Source: Oikopleura dioica (lineage: Eukaryota > Animalia > Chordata). Taken from it: DNA of 64,000 nt. Positions 1-10,647 of the stretch are shown piece by piece. Numbering within the stretch: the first letter of the stretch is position 1; each line of letters begins with the position of its first letter. The position numbers and the translations under genes are program-made. The stretch covers positions 1,922,001 through 1,986,000 of the forward strand of contig OU015568.1 in NCBI GenBank assembly GCA_907165135.1, written 5' to 3'. The notes under the pieces were generated by a model. The model made no database searches, was not told where the DNA came from, and saw only the letters and a list, made by a program, of their open reading frames with translations.

Positions 1-236
1 TAGCTCCTCAGGACTTTACTTTTAGCTGGGGAAATATCTTTGACACAAGTTGACATAATTTGAATACAAGAATCAACGAAAAGATGAACAAAACTAATCA
101 TTTAGCGAAAAAAGTAAAGACGTACGATTCGTGTCGTCGCGTCTTGGAAATGTCAAGTTTTCAGCGGTGAATACCTAATAATATTCGTGCCAAGTATAAA
201 TTGGTGAAAGTTCTTTTAAATTTAACCTCTCGAAAG

Positions 237-641
237 ATGAAAATTGTCGCATTTTTATTCTGTCTTGTTTCTTGTAAGGAAAAGACCTAAATTTCAAGCA
301 ACCAAGACAAAATAAGAGTAACTAAAAATTTACTTCTAGGCCAGGGCCTCTACGGCGATTTCATCCGGGCAATGCAGGGAGGCCACCATGACAAACAGCA
401 CAAGGTCGACTTCAAAAAGCGCAACTACGGGCCCCACGAGAACGTCGACAGATTCGACATGATGCTGAACGATTGTCTCGACAAGGCGTTCGCTTCGAAC
501 AACCTTGACATTGGTCTCGACAAGTTCCTTAGTTTCATGAACAAATGCGAGGCGGAAGTGCTCGCAACCGTCGCAGGAAAAGTCTTAGCAGATGTAAAAG
601 AGCACAAGGTCGATTCACTTTCTATTATGGGAATCATGTAA
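237..641 (+). CDS. Small secreted protein of unknown function (2 exons, ~112 aa)
   Basis: ATG at 237 gives hydrophobic MKIVAFLFCLVS. A GT-AG intron (274-339) joins it in frame to the 372-641 ORF, giving MKIVAFLFCLVSCQGLYGDFIRAMQGG. Contains a KKR site and HKVD twice. Confidence 0.7.
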
Positions 642-1837
642 TGAACAAGAATAAAGATTGAATAAGACGATTAAAGCCGATCTGGACTGAAAAAAATGAC
701 AACTAGTAATAACTCATCATGACAAAAAAATCTTCTTTCTTCAATAAAAATTGCAGTAATAAAAGTTTATTATAAAAATGAAAGGAGAATGCCTTCTTAA
801 TTATGTTTCAATTACGGTTACGTCGGATTTCGATTTCGGTGCGCATTTTTCTTCACTAAGATTATTGTTAACATAATTTGTGATACGGTATCACTGATAC
901 CCTAGTTATCTTACCATTCATTTCTCTGTCCACTGGAAGCCACGACCCATGAAATAGTTCCGGAGAGTGAAAGAAGAACAGAAACGATGATAAATGTCGT
1001 TCTGGGCTTTTCAGGGAGGTCAAGTGCGACGAGATAGTGACAAATTACAGCAACGGACGAAAAGGCAAAAATGCAAATTTGAGTTGGTTTTACTTTCGTC
1101 CACCATTTCTTTCAACGGCTTTTCAAGAAAAAAGAAAATGATGATTTGTTTTTATTGTTATGCCGATCCTTTGGGTATCTAGGCCAGTTTTCAATCGGGT
1201 ACCAGAATCCTGTTTGTCTAAAAAGAATATTGCCAAAAATAAAAAATTAGTTACTTACGCGTATGTCACCACCGGGCCAGTTTGCAGCCAAGTCCAGCCC
1301 ATTTTGGCCAATGGTGTATCAGTTTCCTTTACATTGAAATAATTCACCAGCGTCAGAATAAACGCTCCCGTGTTCATCAATGTTACCATCATTGACAGGA
1401 TAAAGTATGTCTTTCTGAACGAAAATCATCGAAAAGACCATTGAAAAAGTCTTACTTTGAAAATTCTGGGATCATCTTGCCTCGGAAAGATCAACTCTTG
1501 AATGATAGAAATCAAGGTGCCGAGGCGCCAGGTGAGCTTTTTGAGAACAATGATGGTTCCATGGAGAGCGGTTTTTGCGGTCGGCTCACTTGAAGGCCTC
1601 TCACAAAGGTAAAGTAACGGAAGACTGTATAAAGCTTCTACTTAGCAAAAGAATTTTCTAGAACGAGAGAGAATGTTCTGAAATTCAAACCTTTCAAAAA
1701 TTATATACCGGTAATATAATTATCGCTGCCAATATAAACTTTTTACGCTTGATTTGATCAACACAGCACGCACGACTGATCCCCTATCACTTCTTTTCGT
1801 ATAAACGCCGCTATTCTTATTTCCATGTTCATTTGAA

Positions 1838-4025
1838 ATGATCGTTAGGTTTACCCTTCTCCTTTTAACGGGAAGTTTTGCAATAGAATTGGACCTAAGC
1901 AAAAGCGAGGAAGAATGCCTTGATAGATTCATCAAGAAACGATCACTAGAGATATATTACAGGGATAAAAAACAAACTTGGGATGAAGCTCGCAATGAAT
2001 CCTTGGAAAAGGTAAATGAGGTCTACGCGCAAGTTCTGAGCATGATAAACGAATCGCCCGAACAAAAAGTGGTTCAATCTTCCGGAGATTATTGCTACTT
2101 CCTCATGGGGACCATGGAATCTGAAATCGACAGCACGATTAATTCCTGCACCTCCCAGGGGCTCGCTCTTCCATTTGAAAACGTCCCGATCGGAGAAATC
2201 TATCCTCAACTGAATAAAGAAAGAAAACCCCTGTCCAAGGAAATACAATCTCGAATGAAAGCAGTAACATCACTGACTGCATTACACTCTGAACGGGTCT
2301 GGATAGCTAACATCGTCCAGGACGGCTTCGAAGGATGGTACAATCAGAACAACAAGCTTGGAAGTATCCTGGATATCAAGCCGAAGAAATACGCTTTTAA
2401 AAATCCTTGTAACCCATCGTGGGTGGCTAGTCACTTTGATGACAGCAACAAAAAATTCGAACCGTGGGTCCGATCGACTGGAGAAGAAAAACGCCCCTTC
2501 ACATGCATCAGAGATACGACGCAAGAATGGAACTTCCAGAGAAAAGAAATCATCCAAGTGCCCGAAAGACAGCGAAAACACTTCCCCGCATTCATGGGCA
2601 ATGAAACTCGCATCGTTGTTCATCAATACTGCGATCCCCCGCAAATGACAAAAGACAGAGAGACTTGTCTTCCATGGAAAAAGAACTGGATGAAGGTTGA
2701 AGCAATTCGAGATACTTTGCGAAGGAAAAATTTAGCCGTCAAAATAAATGAAAAATGCGAGAAGGATGAGAGAGGCACGGAGCATTGCACGTGGGATGAT
2801 GAAATCTTTTACGAATTCATGAGACTTGGATGGGTGAAAGATTCGAAAAATGGAAAGGCTGGTCACTGTGGAATGATTGATCGCCCGGTCAACGAATGTA
2901 TTCAGGCTAGGCTTTGACTAACAGTATAAAAAGGGCCTTGTGGCCTTGTTCATGTTTCACCTTTCTGCATGTGTGACCTTGTTCATCCCGTGCACGATGT
3001 AGCCTTACTTAGAGCTAATACTCATCTCGAGCTTATCAATCATAAAAAGCCTAAACCAGATTAAAGATTCAAAATACGTTCTTCAAGAATGCATCCCCTG
3101 TCCGAGGGTATGCGACGTAGAAGATGGCTGGTATCCGAGAATGCTGAAGAGTGTACCGGTAAAGAACATGGGACAATATCAAGGCGAATACGAAGACTTG
3201 GCCGTTTGTAGTAAAACATTCGGAAAAGACAAAGGTTCAGAACGACTGAATGCAACAGAGGCCTTTCAATTTTGCTTCAATCTTGGCTGTAAGTAAAAAT
3301 ATTGGGAAAACAACTGATGATTTTTAGCGTTCCTTGCGAATCCGCAATCATTAAAGATGGACATGGAGATGTGCTGGATAGGCGACACATGGCTGGATGT
3401 AGAATACCTTCAAGAAAGCGGAAATCCCGGCTGGTTTGCTAGAACAAAGCCGCCGATGATGAGCAGAATCCGAACTGCACCAGAGATTTACAACAATTTT
3501 AACACGATATTTGATACGTACGCGAAGGTATACCAGTTCAAAAAATTATTCAATCAGTACATCGAGTTCTTAAGAAAATTATAAAAGAATTCATCGATAC
3601 AAAAAACGCTCAGACAAAGGCAAACAATCCTGACGAACTCCAAATGTATCATGGGGACCTTCCACCTAACAGATTTAAAATCCCACCAGTTGGAACATTC
3701 GCGATCTCACACCAACTGACTAAAGATGGGGATGTGAAGTATGTACTGAAAGATGCTACAGGAAGGCCAACACTCGGATCACCTGTTTGTGAGATGGGGC
3801 CGAAAACGGACGAAGATCTTTACTGGGGTAAGTTCTAAATGAGGTTTTTCGCGCAACGAAGCCAAAATTATGAAAAAGAACAGGTAATCGAAAACTAGGA
3901 GTTGCGGTCGTATGTGACTTCTGCAGGAAGTAGATACCGCGGAAATCAAAGAAGTTGCTTGGATTGACGATGATGATGGCGATTAAAATTGTGCACTTCT
4001 TGCATAACTTCAAAGAAAGCAATGG
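1838..4025 (+). CDS. Secreted Cys-rich protein with C-type-lectin-like segments (multi-exon, 3' structure approximate)
   Basis: The 359-aa ORF starts with a signal peptide (MIVRFTLLLLTGSFA) and has a CTL-like pattern (DYCYFL...SCTSQGL...VWIANI...WY...FTCI). Further Cys/Trp-containing open segments with gtaagt donors lie at ~3060-3290, 3330-3530 and 3585-3830. Confidence 0.45.
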
Positions 4026-4596
4026 ATAATTAATCGAAATGGAAGCTCGTGTTCACCCGTTCAAAAATACCCTCCATTTTATGATAAGCAAGCAGAAAGA
4101 AAGCGAATACTATTCTAGCTAAGATTTTTCACGTGAGTCGAATACTTTCCAAAAATAGACGCATAAAACATATTCACCACATCAGACGGTCGAAAATATC
4201 AGGAAAACCCCAAGTCGTTAACTCGCGGTCATTCCTGTGGTTAATTGCTATTTGGAGAAAGTGCATGCGCAGAGGATTCTGAGTCAAGCCACTGCCCCCG
4301 AAAAGGGTCAACGGTCACTGTTTACCTGTTTGTGGTCATTTTACTGAGCTCCGAGGCCAGAACCTTAATAAACTCATAACTATCATTCTGTTTGCTTTTG
4401 AATCGTATATAAAGACGACAAGGGTCCAAATCAATTTACTTTTTTATCAGAAAAAACGCAAAAACCAGAATGCTCATGAGCCAAGGCCTTGTTTGCGAAG
4501 AGATAAAACAGAATGGACAGTTGCTTTATAATCAGACGAAGATTCCTGGAATGATCTCATTTTCAACTAAAATAAGAAGAAACAAGAAAATTACTT

Positions 4597-5703
4597 ATGA
4601 AACTTTTGAGTGCCTGCATTGCTGGTGCCCTTGGACATGGGTAAGAAACAACTTTTTATGATCTCCTTTTAACCCCTTTTCAAGTCGTCTTATGGAGCCC
4701 CCAGCACGAACTTCCTACGCTCTCAACATGAATGACCCTTCCATCGCCAACAACGCCGATAAGATTACCTTCTTGTACGATGACAATGCCCTTTTCTGCG
4801 GAGGGACCAGTCACCAGATCTCCCAGGGCTACAAGTGCGGAAAGTGCGGCGACGCTTGGGATCTTCCTCGACCTAGGGACTACGAGTGGGGAGGCAAGTA
4901 TGGCCGCTCCGGAGTTATTCCTCGGGTTTACTCGATGGGATCTGAAATTGAACTCACTGTCCAGGTAAGATTAAACCCAAAGGCCCTTTTTCTATTCTTA
5001 GATCACTGCTCATCACATGGGCTGGTTCGAATACTCTCTCTGCAAAATGAGCGAAACCGACATCACCGAGCCCGAAAACTGCTTCAACGACCCAAAGGAT
5101 CTTCTTGTCTTTGACGACGGAGAAACTCGATGGAACATTCCCGGCACCAACGTTGGCGGCGATCCTGTAAAGGGTGGCTGGTGGTACACTCGGTAAGAGT
5201 ATGATAAAGAGACTGAGCGCATCATTTGTTAAAAAGAATGGCACGACTTCCAGAAGGCTTGACTTGCGATCACTGTGTCATCCAGTGGCGCTACCACACT
5301 GGAAACTCGTGGGGCTGCGACCACGAGACCCAAGTGTGCGGAATGGGCGAGGGTTACCAAGAAGAGTTCTACGGCTGCGCTGACATTCAAATCATCGATG
5401 GCGTTGTCGACAAACCAGAAGAAGAAAAAGGGGTATGCAAACAGTTTATTTCACGAGCTCAAATAAACGATAATTTTAGCTAGATATCGCTGAGTATTGC
5501 AACAAAGTCGGCGCTGGAATCCACCCGCACCCAGGTAAAGCTTTTCTTTGATATCCTCAACGAAAAATTTTAAAGAATCCTGCGAGGCGTACATTGAATG
5601 CTCCGGCTTTGCCAATAGCGTGCTCCGCTGCGCAGATGGGCTTTTCTTTAATCCAAAAGTCAGTGCATGCGACTGGGCTGCAAACGTCCAGTGCGATCTA
5701 TAA
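4597..5703 (+). CDS. AA15-family lytic polysaccharide monooxygenase (chitin-binding type-4) with C-terminal CBM14/peritrophin-A domain
   Basis: Signal peptide MKLLSACIAGALG is followed by HG|RLMEPPARTS across an intron (His1). Other motifs: LFCGG, CGKCGD, ITAHHMGWFEY (second His), LPEGLTCDHCVIQWRYHTGNSWG, QEEFYGCADI. The last exons encode a six-Cys CBM14 (YCNKVG...SCEAYIEC...LRCADGLFFNPKVSACDWAANVQC). Six exons joined by GT-AG introns. Confidence 0.92.
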
Positions 5704-5907
5704 ACCAAAGATCAAAGAGTCTGTTCCGATTTATTTTTGCTTACACTTGTCAATTCAATTTATCCCAGCTTTTCCCCCACTGAAAATAAATGTCCTTACT
5801 TTGTGTTCACCAAATCGATTTTTCTCCTTTCTTCAAATTGCATTTCCGGCCAGAGGGAAATCAAAAAATTTCCTGACGCGTCTCTTTTTTATGTAGAGTA
5901 TCTAAAG

Positions 5908-6331
5908 ATGACGACTACAACGGAGCGAAACATTATCAAGTCAAAGTCCAAGTCCAGGGCTTTGAGCAAGACTAAGACTCCTGAGAGACGAGGAAGATCA
6001 AGGAGCAAACGGTAAGAGAAAATCATTCAACAGAAAAGTCAGTGAGAATAGGAGCAAATCTCGAAGAGCTCTCAATCGCCACAAAAGTGCGACCCGGTTT
6101 TCTGATGCTACCCAAACGCTCGAACTTGGGGACGCTAACGATTCGAACCTGCTTTCTGTCAAGCCTTCTCCCAAGTATTACTTTCAAAATTCATCTGAAA
6201 TGACTTTTTCTTTCAGAAAAATTAAGAAGCAACGGCACCGATCAAGATCAAAATCAAACCGAAGAAGCTCAAGTATGGTCCTCAGAGTCGCAAAACTCTC
6301 GATTTCTGACGGAAATGATTTCTATTTTTAA
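5908..6331 (+). CDS. Small highly basic Arg/Lys/Ser-rich protein (protamine-like / sperm nuclear basic protein candidate)
   Basis: Three exons joined by GT-AG introns give ~120 aa: MTTTTERNIIKSKSKSRALSKTKTPERRGRSRSKRKVSENRSKSRRALNRHK...SPKKIKKQRHRSRSKSNRRSSS. Confidence 0.55.
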
Positions 6332-6572
6332 ATAAACACCCGATAGGAATACTCATTTAACACGATTTTCGAACTTTGAAAAATTTATTATCGATGAGTA
6401 AAAACAGTATAAAAGTATTTGTCTCTTCATGAAAATATAAATTAATATTGAGACGCTCAAGCAGGTAAGATAAAGGCTTTCAGCAGCATAAGGCAGCGCA
6501 TGTGTATAGATATCTTTTTTCTTGTTTTATGAAGAATGATGTGGTATAAAAATATAAAAAATGTGGGTTTAA

Positions 6573-9208
6573 TTAGAGATGTTGGAGATTTAACACTGTT
6601 GTTGGTTCGTCAGAAGTTACTGCTAATGAGTCGACGGTGAAGGTGTCGACTCGTTCTTCAGTGATCGGTTCGTTTGGCGGATTCTTAGAAGACTAAAAAC
6701 GCGATTTATTCGAATGATAGGGCTGAAAATGGTACCTGTTCTTGGATGATTCCAAGGACCTGGTCTAGATGGCAGAGATTGCTCAGAAGCACTTCGAGCT
6801 CTGGTCGGCCTTCTCCAACTGCGTTGGGTGGAGACAATGGAGGAACAGCTTCAGTGCTGAAAAATGATTTTAAGAACTGTTTGTGAGAGAAAGAAACGAA
6901 TTACCATCCAGTGTTCTTGTAGATTTCACGAGTCTTATCAATGCACGCCCGGGAGAGAAGTCGCATAGAATACAGGATGGAAGTTTCATGTGATTTATCG
7001 ATCTAAAATTGATAAAAATCTTGATCATTGAGAAACGGTACATTTGATCCAGCAGTTTGAGGACGCGAAGTGGAAGAAAGGGATGTTGGAGGGCGAGATG
7101 AAGCCGCAGTGGATGGTCGTTTACTGCTGTTGCTCGGAGTTGGAGGACTTTTGATGGTGGCTCGTTGGCTGACCCTGCCTCTTGGTGTGCGGAGATTGCT
7201 GGTGTTGGAACGAGTCAGACTGGTTGATCGGGCAATTGAGGTCTTAATTGTGTGAGTTCGAGGAGTTCATGAAAGAAGGATTGTTAGAATCATTTGTACG
7301 CTTATTGGCATTATTTAACTTAATTTTTAAATAAGACAGATATTTTAATTATGGTGCGTGTGAGAAACAATACCTTCGAAGCAACAGAGCGACCCTCTCT
7401 CATGGATTGGCTCATCGTTGGAGGTCGTGACATCTTCGGATCCAGGCTCATTCTTGGCTTCGATATTTTCAGAGATGTTCCCGTGCCAGCACGGGTGAGG
7501 CTTGTCGACCGATTTGTGCCTGTGGTAGATCCTTGATTCGTTATTTTCGGATTTCTGAAACCCAAGTTTTACGAAATAAACATCAAGAAAACGAACCTTC
7601 CGCGAGGATGAGGAGCTACTTTCTTGTCAGTATCAACATCATGCGAGAAGCTTCGTCCTCTGGTCTTGTCATCGCTCATCATTCTCGCTCGTGGCTTCGA
7701 CAAACTTTCTAACCTCGCCGAGACTCTTCTGTTCTCTACTTTGGGCTTTGGAACTGTCTTTAGTGGAGCCATTTTCTTCTTTTCTGCGTCTTTCTCTTTA
7801 TCAAGTCCAAGCGCTCTATTTCTCTGCAGAAGCATAGCTCGTGTCATTCGTATGTGGGGATTGGAGCCTTTTGTCCTTGGATTTTCTTAAAGGGAAATTG
7901 AAAAGAAGAATAAACGAAGGTTTTTGCCTGATTTCTGACGGGAATCACGAGTGATGGTGATCTTGCCTTCTTTACATTTTTCAAGGCGCTCTTTTGCTTT
8001 TTGCCTAAACAACACTTTTAGCAACGATAATAAAAAACGGGCATTTACCTGATGTCTTCTAAATTTTCATCTTTTGCCTCAGATTGCCTACTTTCTGCCG
8101 CCGCATTTCGATCAAACCACTCACTGACTCGATGCGAAACATCTGTTGGAACAGCATAATCTTCAGCGCTTTCCGTTGCCGAGTTTTGATCCCTCTGTTC
8201 TTCGCTGCTTTTTTCGTTTTCTTTGTCATCGTCGTTCACATCACTATCAATTTCGATTCCGTCGAGTTCTTGGCTATCGTTGTGAGGATTTGGGTTCTCG
8301 TCGAGTTTTCCTTCGATCATCGAGTCATAGAGTGCTCGACGGTCTCGGACGTCAGGTATAAATATGGTTGATATTAAATGAATTTATTTATGCAACTTGA
8401 AGACATGAGTTCGTATAATATGAACCAGTATCTGAATCAAGTCGAAGGGTGTAAGTCCCAGCTTCAGAAGGCTGTGATGCTCGATCTTCATCTGTAACAA
8501 GATCTTCAGTTGTCAGTGGCATATCAGAGCTTTTGATGGATAAGCAATATCCAAAACTAGTAAATAAGTGTATCAGTAGTATGTTAGAATAAAAAGTCAT
8601 TAAATTACCTCCCATCATTACGTTAATGAACGAAATTAAGCTCTCATTTTATCCTCACATTATCCCCTAATTAACGATAAAACGGAAAACAAGACCCAAG
8701 ATAATCTTATGGTTTCAATAACTTATCGAGTAGTTCTCCTATCCATTTCCTGGAAGTCGTATGATTCGAATTCTGCCGCCTTGCCGCCAGTCTACTCCTT
8801 CTCTTTTCCGATTTTTCTCTCAAAATGGCCGCGGCACTCTGAAGCGTCGAAGAATCAGATTGACTCTTATTCTCGTTTATCGTAACGTCAAAAGAAAGGC
8901 CGCCAGTTTTCTTCGGTCTAGTCACTTGGGCTTTACAACTATAATTACACCTGATGGATAGCAAAAGAGCTCGAAGCGGATATCTTGAAATATCGCCAAA
9001 AGACTTTAGTCTGCTTCTTTTGTCTCTTTTTGTCGAAAATTATTTATGACACTTGTTGCATCTTGCTGCAAACAACAAGGAATGAAAACAACTACAAAGC
9101 CCCTTTCCTTGCTTTTGCAAGTTCCTCTCTTCGTTTCATTTCGTTCTTTTCTTCTGCGGTCAGGTCACTGGGTATCTCAAAAAAGGCAGAACGCGAGTGC
9201 TGGGCCAT
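6573..9208 (-). CDS. Low-complexity Ser/Thr/Arg-rich protein resembling CEP170-family centrosomal/microtubule proteins (no FHA domain seen)
   Basis: Multi-exon minus-strand gene. It contains SEAGTYTL (CEP170-like GTYT motif), repeated RSTSLTR, and a C-terminal segment SILYSMRLLSRACIDKTREIY resembling the CEP170 C-terminal region. Assignment is by remembered motif similarity only. Confidence 0.45.
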
Positions 9209-9676
9209 TCTAAAGGAAGAATGTTTTGGGAATTCAATTTTTTCTCTTCAATTTCAGGCAAACAAAGGGGGCTGGTTCGCGCCCCCATGGATTCATTAGG
9301 AATTCACACATTTGCCACATTCCTAATAAGAGGAAAAAAGAAGGCTAGGAAATGAATACTGATGAGTTTTCTTTTCTCACTAAAAATGATGATTAGCAGA
9401 TTTTATGGGACGCTGAAGCTGAATATGCGGATGAACTATAATAAAAATTGCTTTTGTTGTGTTTGAATTTTATTGGTATTTTCAGTAATTGAGATTCGTG
9501 TGCATATGTTTCAATAGATTTTGTAAAATATAAAAATAGACTGTAACAGATTGAAGTCATCACAGTGTTCGTTTGGTATGTGCTGAGTATTCGTTGAAGA
9601 GGGAAGGGATTGCGGATGGAGGCAAAAGTAGACCTGAAAGAACATTAACAAGGACAAAATGAATTCAATGCTGGAC

Positions 9677-9760
9677 GCGACAAACTATGTCTGAAACCTG
9701 AGTCAAGGCCGGAAAGAGCTCAAATGAAAAGCGACTCAGGTTTTTTGCACAGGGTGACGC
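9677..9760. mobile_element. Short degenerate copy of the AACCTGAGTCAG-TIR MITE family
   Basis: GAAACCTGAGTCA (9693) and inverted GACTCAGGTTTT (9733) match the termini of the copies at 23.8, 30.5 and 31.6 kb. Confidence 0.55.
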
Positions 9761-9842
9761 TCCTTTTTTAGAGTCTGTAATACAGACTCTGTATCTTATA
9801 GTCTATAACTTATAGACTATAAGTTATAGACATGATCACCTT

Positions 9843-10544
9843 TTAAAGATAAAGTTCGATACGGTCCTTGAGCGCGTAAAGCTTCCGACACTTTGGGCAA
9901 TGGTTAACTTTCGATTGTGGATGTGGCAGGCGATCGTAATTGCCCGATTTGGCGGACATTTCAAGGCAGCCGTTACAAAAAGGATGGCCACATGGTGTTG
10001 TCATGACTTTCTTTCCAGCTTTTTTAATGTCTGACAACGATTCCATACAAATGCCGCAAGAAAATGACTCGTCCTCGTTTTCGTCTTCTTCTTCACTTAG
10101 ATTTTCTTTCTTCACATTGTCTCTTAGTAGGATTTTCGGGCGCTTGAAATGAGGGGGCGGCATTGGCAGTGGTTCGCGCACCGAGCCGAGCAATCTAAGC
10201 CCAGAAAAGCCCATGAAGGTGGCAGCGAATTTTTGAGCGACCGGAAGCGGATCGCTGATGATATGAGGATGGATTTGGCTGACGCGATCTTTTATCTTGA
10301 TTGAGCCGCGGACTTGAGGCTCGTCTTCGTCGTCTGGAATCTCAATGATACCATCTTCGTTTGGCTGGATCTTTTTGTGCTTGTTTGGAGGTGGAATGGT
10401 CGGTTCTTGAATAACTGGGTCATCCTCAGAGTCGGAGAGGAGAATCACGTGGTTCTTGATGCCGGATGGGCCGGGTTGATCAATGTCAATTGGCTCATCG
10501 AAGCCCGAAAATGACCTTTTTCGTCCATTCGTTCCGACGCTCAT
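9843..10544 (-). CDS. RNF4-like SUMO-targeted ubiquitin ligase candidate (SIM motifs + C-terminal RING)
   Basis: Single exon. Hydrophobic-acidic SIM-like motifs (PIDID, VILLSDSEDD, IIEIPDDEDE) precede a terminal RING (CGIC...TPCGHPFCNGCL...CPKCR). A ttttag acceptor lies just upstream of the ATG. Confidence 0.7.
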   Translation of the reverse strand: MSVGTNGRKRSFSGFDEPIDIDQPGPSGIKNHVILLSDSEDDPVIQEPTIPPPNKHKKIQPNEDGIIEIPDDEDEPQVRGSIKIKDRVSQIHPHIISDPLPVAQKFAATFMGFSGLRLLGSVREPLPMPPPHFKRPKILLRDNVKKENLSEEEDENEDESFSCGICMESLSDIKKAGKKVMTTPCGHPFCNGCLEMSAKSGNYDRLPHPQSKVNHCPKCRKLYALKDRIELYL

Positions 10545-10647
10545 TTTCAAATTCCTGACATCTAAAATTAACAATTCATAGCATCATATAATTCAGGCAG
10601 TTCTTTACAAAGGTTTCTATACAGTCACAGTCTCAAAAGCTGAGAAG

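Noticed and set aside
3900-4025. Kringle-like SRYRG...CLD followed by TGA as possible selenocysteine/readthrough
   Set aside because: Several further stops follow, I see no SECIS, and the exon frame is unresolved.
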